Below, one piece after another: positions 58,171 through 64,000 of a stretch of DNA of 64,000 bases. Under the pieces are notes generated by a model. It made no database searches. It was not told where the DNA came from and worked only from the letters and a program-made list of their open reading frames with translations. The position numbers were made by a program, and so were the translations under genes. Positions within the stretch are counted from its first letter, which is position 1, and each line of letters starts with the position of its first letter. Source of the DNA: an uncultured Candidatus Saccharibacteria bacterium (GTDB taxonomy: Bacteria; Patescibacteriota; WWE3; UBA101185; 2-01-FULL-41-18); contig CAZWQF010000003.1 of NCBI GenBank assembly GCA_964636285.1, forward strand, positions 69,226-133,225, read 5' to 3'.

Positions 58171-58863
58171 ATGCCAAACACGGTAGAAAAACTGGAAGCA
58201 GAAGCTATACAGGCGGCACTAAGTAAAGACTGGAAAAAAGCAGTAAAGCTTAACTCCGAAATTGCAGATTTTGATTCTGAAAACATACCCGCATTAAACA
58301 GACTCGCAAAGGCACATATTGAGCTTGAGGCCTTTGAAGAGGCAAAGAAGATACTTAAAAAAGTACTTAAGCTTGACCCTATTAACCTTACAGCTAAAAG
58401 AAATATGGATCTTGCCGTTGAGCATAAGAAAGTGCTTGGTAATGTTTCTTCTGATGAAATCAAAAACTTCATTAAGGAGCCAGGGACTTCAAAGGAATTC
58501 ACTTTTCAGATCATGACCAAAGGCATAACAGCAAAAAAGTTCTATCTGGGTGAGCCCCTTGAAATTGTTGTTGAAGGGCATAGGGTGTCAGTTCACAAGG
58601 TTTCAGGTGAGCTTATTAGTATCTTTGATCCTGTTACAGCTGAAAAAATAATTGCCTGTAAAAAAAGAGGCGGAGGTATTAAATCAACTTTCCTTTACGG
58701 TGACGAAAAAGAAGTTACTGTCATGGTTAAGGCTTCAATACCGCTCTTTAAAACCGAAAAGCAGGAACTTAAACCATATCTTAAAAGAGAAAATATTGAA
58801 GAGCAGGACAATGAAAACCAGCAAGCTGAAGCCGAAGAAACCGAAGGACCATCACCCTACTAA
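58171..58863 (+). CDS. TPR-like repeat protein with an acidic C-terminal tail
   Basis: 230 aa with TPR-like helices in the N-terminal 90 aa (AVKLNSEIADFDSENIPALNRLAKAHIELEAFEEAKKILKKVLKLDP). Confidence 0.45.
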   Translation: MPNTVEKLEAEAIQAALSKDWKKAVKLNSEIADFDSENIPALNRLAKAHIELEAFEEAKKILKKVLKLDPINLTAKRNMDLAVEHKKVLGNVSSDEIKNFIKEPGTSKEFTFQIMTKGITAKKFYLGEPLEIVVEGHRVSVHKVSGELISIFDPVTAEKIIACKKRGGGIKSTFLYGDEKEVTVMVKASIPLFKTEKQELKPYLKRENIEEQDNENQQAEAEETEGPSPY

Positions 58864-58867
58864 AATG

Positions 58868-59887
58868 CTATCTTAAATCTTCATCCGTTAACACTCTTGA
58901 TGTATCAGCTACTGGGCTGGGTGCTTGCACTTTTGGCTGAGTCAAATTTGCTGGCACTGCTTGCGGTTTAACCTGTGGTGCTGGAGCAACAGGTCTTGGC
59001 TGTGCAGGTCTTGGAGCACTTGCAACTGCCGAATGCCCAGTGTTATTAAACTGATGTGGTGCTTTTTGGACTGAGGTTTGCCTCTGTCCTGTATTTGGCT
59101 TATGCCCTGCCGCATACTTATTTGCGTGTGCTGATTGCGCAGACTTTTGAGCTGGCTTTGACGCCTGAATTGGTTTTGGTTTTGGCTGATCTATGACTTG
59201 AGAAACTTCAACAACTACTGGCGCTTCTGCCAAAACATCAGGCTTTGGCTCTGATGCAGATGCTAAGGAAGGCTCAACTTGCTGATTTAAAACCGATGCC
59301 ACAGCAATACTACTTACTGGCTTAATCTCTTTAGTTTGCATAGGCTCAATCGTCAAACTGTTTACAGCCTCATGTGTTTTTTTTGCGCCCATTTCTTTTC
59401 CGTCTAAAATTTCAATAGTTGCAAAAGGTGCATATTTTTCTTCAAGAGGTATTTGAACAGTAACAACACTCCCATCCTTACCCTCAAAGTATTCCATTGC
59501 AGCATCCGATACTCTGTAAGATGCATCTGCGGTTACGGCATGCCACTTTCCTTCTTTTTTGGCGATGATCCCCTCTGTTCTGTATCTTTTAACCCTTTCA
59601 ATTTGCTTAAACTTTTTGTCTCCGTTCTCCTCAACCATTTTAATTGTGTCGCCATAAACAAGCATTGATTTTGCTGAGTAGTTAGCCGGTATTTCAATCT
59701 TGACTCCTTCGGTCGTCACCATTGAGTCCCCAATAAATTTTCCGACTGTACCTGGTGTTGAGCTCTCGGCTTTTGTGTCTTTAACTTGAAGCTCAAGATC
59801 TTTGAGCATTGTCCTTGCAAGGTTTATCGATGCAGCGGCGCTGGCCAGTGCATTATTAATTTGATGAAATTTGGTATTTAGATCCAT
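58868..59887 (-). CDS. hypothetical protein with a Pro/Ala/Gln-rich low-complexity C-terminal half
   Basis: 339 aa. Globular N-terminal 190 aa, then a P/A/Q/K-rich tail. Confidence 0.42.
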   Translation of the reverse strand: MDLNTKFHQINNALASAAASINLARTMLKDLELQVKDTKAESSTPGTVGKFIGDSMVTTEGVKIEIPANYSAKSMLVYGDTIKMVEENGDKKFKQIERVKRYRTEGIIAKKEGKWHAVTADASYRVSDAAMEYFEGKDGSVVTVQIPLEEKYAPFATIEILDGKEMGAKKTHEAVNSLTIEPMQTKEIKPVSSIAVASVLNQQVEPSLASASEPKPDVLAEAPVVVEVSQVIDQPKPKPIQASKPAQKSAQSAHANKYAAGHKPNTGQRQTSVQKAPHQFNNTGHSAVASAPRPAQPRPVAPAPQVKPQAVPANLTQPKVQAPSPVADTSRVLTDEDLR

Positions 59888-59903
59888 TTGATCTTTCCTT
59901 TCT

Positions 59904-62513
59904 TTAAACTACTTGGTTACCACTTTCGGGTTGATCCACTACATTGGCTTCATGGCCTTGATCAACAGGCACTGAAGGCTGCGACGGCTGGGAAGCATTA
60001 ACTGCTTCTGCAGCAAGCTTGGCATCTTCAAGGGCTTTTTTTCTTCGGTTTTCTTCGGCTATTGCCATCCCTAGATCAAATTTTCTTTCAACCCAAGCTC
60101 TAATCTTTTCCTCAACATATTCCCTCTCCTGTCCATATTTTTCTCTGCTGAGCTCAATTGCCCTAGGTCCGTTTCCTGTATTTCCTGTAATTCTTGTTAA
60201 CGAAAAAGCCGAAAACGGCGAAGATGTCATTCCATCTATCATGAGCTTTAAGTACATATGCTGTCTTTCCTGATTAATTAAATCGTTTGGAGTAAACACA
60301 GGCTCGTATTCTCTTCCTATGACCTCTGCATCAGGCGCACCTATTGCAAGGGCAATCATTGTCCCTACATTACCAAAAACTGCACCTAGGACCTCCTCAG
60401 GAACCTGAGAGGTATACTGGTGGGTCACATGAAGCGCAAGTTTATATTTTCTAGCTTCGGATAAAATTGACTCAAAACTTCCAGACGCAAAATTCTGAAA
60501 CTCGTCAACAAACAAATAGAATGGAATTCTTTGAGCTTCAGGAACTTTTGCCCTTTGCATTGCACCAAACTGCATTCTTGAAACCAAAAGCGATCCAAGA
60601 AGATTTGCGTTGTCATCTCCAATTTTTCCTTTTGAAAGGTTGATGAAGAAAATCTTGTTTGTGTTCATGATATCGTCAATTCTGATTGTGGACTTTGGCC
60701 TACCCAAAATGTTTCTAATTGTTGATGATGAAAGGAATCTACCAATCTTGTTCTGAATTGGTGCAACCGCTTCTGTAACAAGCTTGGAATTGCCTTTCAT
60801 ATCCATAAATTCTTTTGCCCAGAATTCTTTTATGACCGGATCTTTAACGTAATGCAAAATAAATTTTCGGTAGTTATCGTCAGTTAAAAGCCTTGTGATG
60901 CCTAAAAGCGTTGTCCCTTCGACTTCCAAAAGTGTTAAGACTGAAATATTCAAAAGGTACTCTAGCCTTGGACCCCAGGACATAGTTCCAAAGTGCTGCT
61001 TTATTGCGGACACAATTCCTGATGCCATAAGATTCTTTTGACCAGAATCAAGTACCTCAAGCATATTGAGAGCTACTGGCCGCTCTTCATCCGAGGGGTC
61101 AAAAATAACTACATCATCAAGCCTATGATCAGGAACCATCTCTAAAAGCTCATCTATAAGCGTTCCGTGAGGATCCATGACGCCTACTCCCTTTCCGTTT
61201 CTCATATCCTGAATGATCATATTTCTAAAAAGCTGAGACTTTCCAGAACCGGTCTTTCCAATAAGATACATGTGCCTAAGCCTATCCTCGTCTTTAATTC
61301 CAAACTCAGTCTGCTTGTTTCTAAAGTTAGTGACTCCTAAAATTGTGCTTCCTTCTTGAGGAAGATTAAGCGGTGGCTCCCCTTTCTTTGCAGCAGACCA
61401 AGCAATTGTTGGCGTTTCAACTGCTGAAGTTGGCAAATGGAAAACCGAAGCAAGCTCTTCTACATTCAAAACATATGTTCCAGGCCCGTATACTCTTTTT
61501 TGGTACATATCAATAAATTCTTCATTGGAATCGTATGCGCTGACTGACACAAATCCGTTTAAATTAGCGGTCGAAAACTGTTTTAACGAAGCGATAATGG
61601 ATCGCAACCTCATCTCCGCCATGTCTTTTGAACCTGCAACTGCAACAACTCTAATTGTGGTTTCAAAACCCATCTTGGTTAGTTTGTTTTCAATTGCTTT
61701 GATCTCAAGCTCTTGCCCAGGTGAAAGTCTAACCATTGGCGTTGCGGACCCTCCTGGCTTGGCATTTTGTGGCGAAGTAGGATCGGCATAAGCCGGAGTG
61801 CCTATTCGTTTAAAAGTTAGCATTATTACCTCAACAATTTCTTTCAGGAACGGTTCAAAAATGTTTCCATAACTCTTAACCAGAGTTCCCTCTCTTAATT
61901 TTTTGACATACTCGTGACCTTCCTCCTGCCATGTGTCAGGGACTGGTCTTACAAGTACCTGAAACCAAAGCTCCTCTTTGCTTCTTATTTCAGAAAGTGC
62001 AGAAGTAATTGCAGAAATGGGGTCTACTTCAAAGTCTTTAAATGTTTTTATTGGGAAAAACTGAGGTCTTGAAAGAGTTATCTCTGCACCCATGAAGACC
62101 TGATCACTTCTATCTCTCTTTGTGACATAGTCCTCACATTCTTTAATAGTTGCATCGGGATACTGAGCATAAATTTGGCTTTCAATGAAAGACCTGATTA
62201 CTGGGGGAACTGCAACATAAAATCTAATTCCCTCCGGTGAGGACTCAATCTCAAATGAAAACTGCTCTTGATCTTCTGGAGTCATTTTTAAAAGTCCGTG
62301 TAGAGAAGCGAACATGTTTTCAGATGCTATAGGAGCTGTTTTTAACTCTTCAGAAGTTTTTATTTCATCGGATTTTCTTGGAACTTTTATCTCCAAAATC
62401 ACGTTTTCGTATGCTTTATTTGAGAATGTTCCAGTTTTATTGCGCAAAGATCTATAGGCTAATACAGCAGACACTAGAATAACAACAGCGGGTATAAGAA
62501 TTGTTAACGGCAT
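59904..62513 (-). CDS. Membrane-anchored P-loop ATPase of the VirD4/TraG/TraD coupling-protein (FtsK/HerA) superfamily
   Basis: 869 aa with an N-terminal TM. Walker A GKTGSGKS at about residue 420 is followed by a DPHG (DPKG-like) motif; Walker B is FYLFVDEFQNF. A roughly 400-aa N-terminal extension precedes the ATPase core. Confidence 0.5.
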   Translation of the reverse strand: MPLTILIPAVVILVSAVLAYRSLRNKTGTFSNKAYENVILEIKVPRKSDEIKTSEELKTAPIASENMFASLHGLLKMTPEDQEQFSFEIESSPEGIRFYVAVPPVIRSFIESQIYAQYPDATIKECEDYVTKRDRSDQVFMGAEITLSRPQFFPIKTFKDFEVDPISAITSALSEIRSKEELWFQVLVRPVPDTWQEEGHEYVKKLREGTLVKSYGNIFEPFLKEIVEVIMLTFKRIGTPAYADPTSPQNAKPGGSATPMVRLSPGQELEIKAIENKLTKMGFETTIRVVAVAGSKDMAEMRLRSIIASLKQFSTANLNGFVSVSAYDSNEEFIDMYQKRVYGPGTYVLNVEELASVFHLPTSAVETPTIAWSAAKKGEPPLNLPQEGSTILGVTNFRNKQTEFGIKDEDRLRHMYLIGKTGSGKSQLFRNMIIQDMRNGKGVGVMDPHGTLIDELLEMVPDHRLDDVVIFDPSDEERPVALNMLEVLDSGQKNLMASGIVSAIKQHFGTMSWGPRLEYLLNISVLTLLEVEGTTLLGITRLLTDDNYRKFILHYVKDPVIKEFWAKEFMDMKGNSKLVTEAVAPIQNKIGRFLSSSTIRNILGRPKSTIRIDDIMNTNKIFFINLSKGKIGDDNANLLGSLLVSRMQFGAMQRAKVPEAQRIPFYLFVDEFQNFASGSFESILSEARKYKLALHVTHQYTSQVPEEVLGAVFGNVGTMIALAIGAPDAEVIGREYEPVFTPNDLINQERQHMYLKLMIDGMTSSPFSAFSLTRITGNTGNGPRAIELSREKYGQEREYVEEKIRAWVERKFDLGMAIAEENRRKKALEDAKLAAEAVNASQPSQPSVPVDQGHEANVVDQPESGNQVV

Positions 62514-62616
62514 TTCCTCTCCTGCTCAGCTCCAATTCTTGCTTTCAAAAAGCTTTTAACAGCCCCACCCTAATTTGGGGTGGGGCAAAGAAAGGAGAGA
62601 GACCAAGCTTTTTATA

Positions 62617-63720
62617 TCATAGCGATGAGGCGTAGTCAATTCCCAGAATGACAACAATATCGGCCCCTACTATGTTTTCGTTGACCATTTTTTTACCTGC
62701 TTCACTGCTCACAACATTCTTGATTCCAAGCTGTGAGGACACCAGTTTTGCGGTTTTTGAATCGAGATTATCAACTACTATAAGACTCTTTTGATAGGTG
62801 TTTGAGGCATTGTCTATGCCTACTACAGAGCCCCCAAACCCTTCGATAAATCTTGACGCGTAAATCCCTAGTTTTGGAATGTCCGCACCATTCAAAATTA
62901 TGATTCTTTTGTCTTCATTTATTACGTCAGGGTCAACAAAAATGCTCTCCATCTTTTTATCAAGATCCAAAGTTTTATCAAGATCCGCTTGTTCAAGCAC
63001 CTGTGTTTTTATTTGCGAAGGGGTTGTCAGCGAAAAAAATCTTGCAACATCAAAAAACTCTCTTGGAGTTAAGTTGCTTTCAAAATTTGAGGAAATTAGG
63101 TTCAAGGATTCTTTAGCTTTGGGTAAATTCTTAAGTGCAAAAATAGAAACAAAGTCTTTTGGCTCCTCTACCCCGTAGATTTTTGAAAAGCCTTCTATGC
63201 CATCTTGATCCGTGAGAACGTACCTATCTGCTTTTCTTGCAAAAATCTTTGATAAGGTTTTATTAACTAAATCTATCCCTTTATTTTTCTCCACAAGCTC
63301 ACCAAGCGCATATGCTTTTGAGATAGTACCTCGGCCAAACCTTTCAGGAAGGTCAAGCTCAAGATCTGGTGGGACATTGTATATTAATACTTTTTTCTCA
63401 AGCGTATTAACTACTAGGTACGAAAGGCTCTTAATTTTTGAAGCGTCTTCCTCTTTATCCTCCACTTCAATGACGCTAATTGTATAGATGTTGTCTAACT
63501 TTCCGTCTGTCTTAAAAGAGGCGGCTAAAGGAGTTTTAATGATTTTATAGAAAGAAGCGCCAGCTAAAACGCCTATGGAAACAACGATTGCAAAAATAGC
63601 AAAAACAACAAGCTTCAAAAAGCTTTGGGCTTTTTTTAATATCTTAAAGCTTTTCCAAGACCTATTTTTGGATCTCTGGGTAGAGACCCTCCTGGACTTT
63701 CGGGCAGAAAGTTTTGACAT
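62617..63720 (-). CDS. LytR-CpsA-Psr (LCP) family cell-envelope polymer transferase-like protein
   Basis: 367 aa. Basic cytoplasmic tail, one TM, then an LCP-like core (NVPPDLELDLPERFG...ISKAYALGEL...GIDLVNKTLSKIF). Confidence 0.5.
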   Translation of the reverse strand: MSKLSARKSRRVSTQRSKNRSWKSFKILKKAQSFLKLVVFAIFAIVVSIGVLAGASFYKIIKTPLAASFKTDGKLDNIYTISVIEVEDKEEDASKIKSLSYLVVNTLEKKVLIYNVPPDLELDLPERFGRGTISKAYALGELVEKNKGIDLVNKTLSKIFARKADRYVLTDQDGIEGFSKIYGVEEPKDFVSIFALKNLPKAKESLNLISSNFESNLTPREFFDVARFFSLTTPSQIKTQVLEQADLDKTLDLDKKMESIFVDPDVINEDKRIIILNGADIPKLGIYASRFIEGFGGSVVGIDNASNTYQKSLIVVDNLDSKTAKLVSSQLGIKNVVSSEAGKKMVNENIVGADIVVILGIDYASSL

Positions 63721-63749
63721 AACCGGTATTATACTAATTTATTCTGAAC

Positions 63750-64000
63750 TTACAGTAAATAGTTTTGGAATTCTTGTGGCAACGGCGCGTCAAAATCCAT
63801 GGCCATTCCCGTTACGGGATGTGTAAATCTAATATTCTTTGCATGAAGCATTAATCGACCAAAAATATGTATGTCCCTTTCAAAGTTATTTACACCCGAA
63901 TAAAGATTATCTGCGGCAACGGGGTGCCCGTATGCAGCCAAATGAACTCTAATCTGGTGTGTTCTACCTGTTAATGGGTGTGCGATCAGGTATGTGTACT
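63750..64000 (-). CDS. RluA-family pseudouridine synthase, C-terminal part (gene runs off the window end)
   Basis: RLMLHAKNIRFTHPVTGMAMDFDAPLP matches the RluA/RluD C-terminal signature (RQxLHA..L.F.HP.TGE). The ORF continues to the window edge. Confidence 0.5.
   Translation of the reverse strand, partial: YTYLIAHPLTGRTHQIRVHLAAYGHPVAADNLYSGVNNFERDIHIFGRLMLHAKNIRFTHPVTGMAMDFDAPLPQEFQNYLL

Noticed and set aside
58092-58502. 136-aa minus-strand ORF
   Set aside because: It overlaps the better-supported plus-strand TPR-protein gene (58171-58863) and is Ser/Phe-rich low complexity.

Overview
The window is low-GC (about 38-40%), gene-dense bacterial chromosome using the standard genetic code (TGA is a stop codon). 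Its content suggests, by inference only, a reduced-genome monoderm-like bacterium such as a CPR/Patescibacteria or Saccharibacteria-type organism. Two kinds of content alternate.

(1) Housekeeping genes: typA, thrS, infC-rpmI-rplT, pheS-pheT, a class A PBP, tyrS, recG, rsmD, rpmF-nusB-ACP-like-rnc, rpsP plus a KH-domain protein, holB-gyrB, a ppaC-like gene, gyrA, rnhB, a guaB-like gene, a xerC/D-type recombinase, a yebC-like gene, an LCP-family gene and a partial rluA-family gene at the window edge.

(2) A large type IV pilus (T4P) region, roughly 17.8-42.9 kb plus one more pilin at 45.8 kb. It contains pilB-pilT-pilC-pilA-pilD and a tandem array of paralogous PilA-like pilins. These are followed by a fimT-like, pilV-like, pilW-like and pilX-like minor-pilin block, then pilM-pilN-pilO. 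No secretin (PilQ) is seen.

The most unusual part is a tandemly duplicated three-gene cassette. Each copy encodes a roughly 240-aa membrane-anchored protein, an 866- or 925-aa cysteine-rich secreted protein, and a PilX-like minor pilin. A third, 645-aa paralog carries a CBM4/9-like sugar-binding motif and the same uncharacterised C-terminal module. I propose these as candidate pilus-tip adhesin complexes.

Other oddities: an ACP homologue whose phosphopantetheine-attachment Ser is replaced by Glu; two GC-rich (about 50-53%) membrane-protein genes with foreign codon usage, one of them a complete promoter/RBS/terminator micro-unit; a 1.47-kb AT-rich non-coding tract next to the recombinase; a PheT lacking its tRNA-binding domain alongside a free-standing tRNA-binding protein; and an orphan VirD4/TraG-like ATPase. 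No rRNA, tRNA or CRISPR was recognised.
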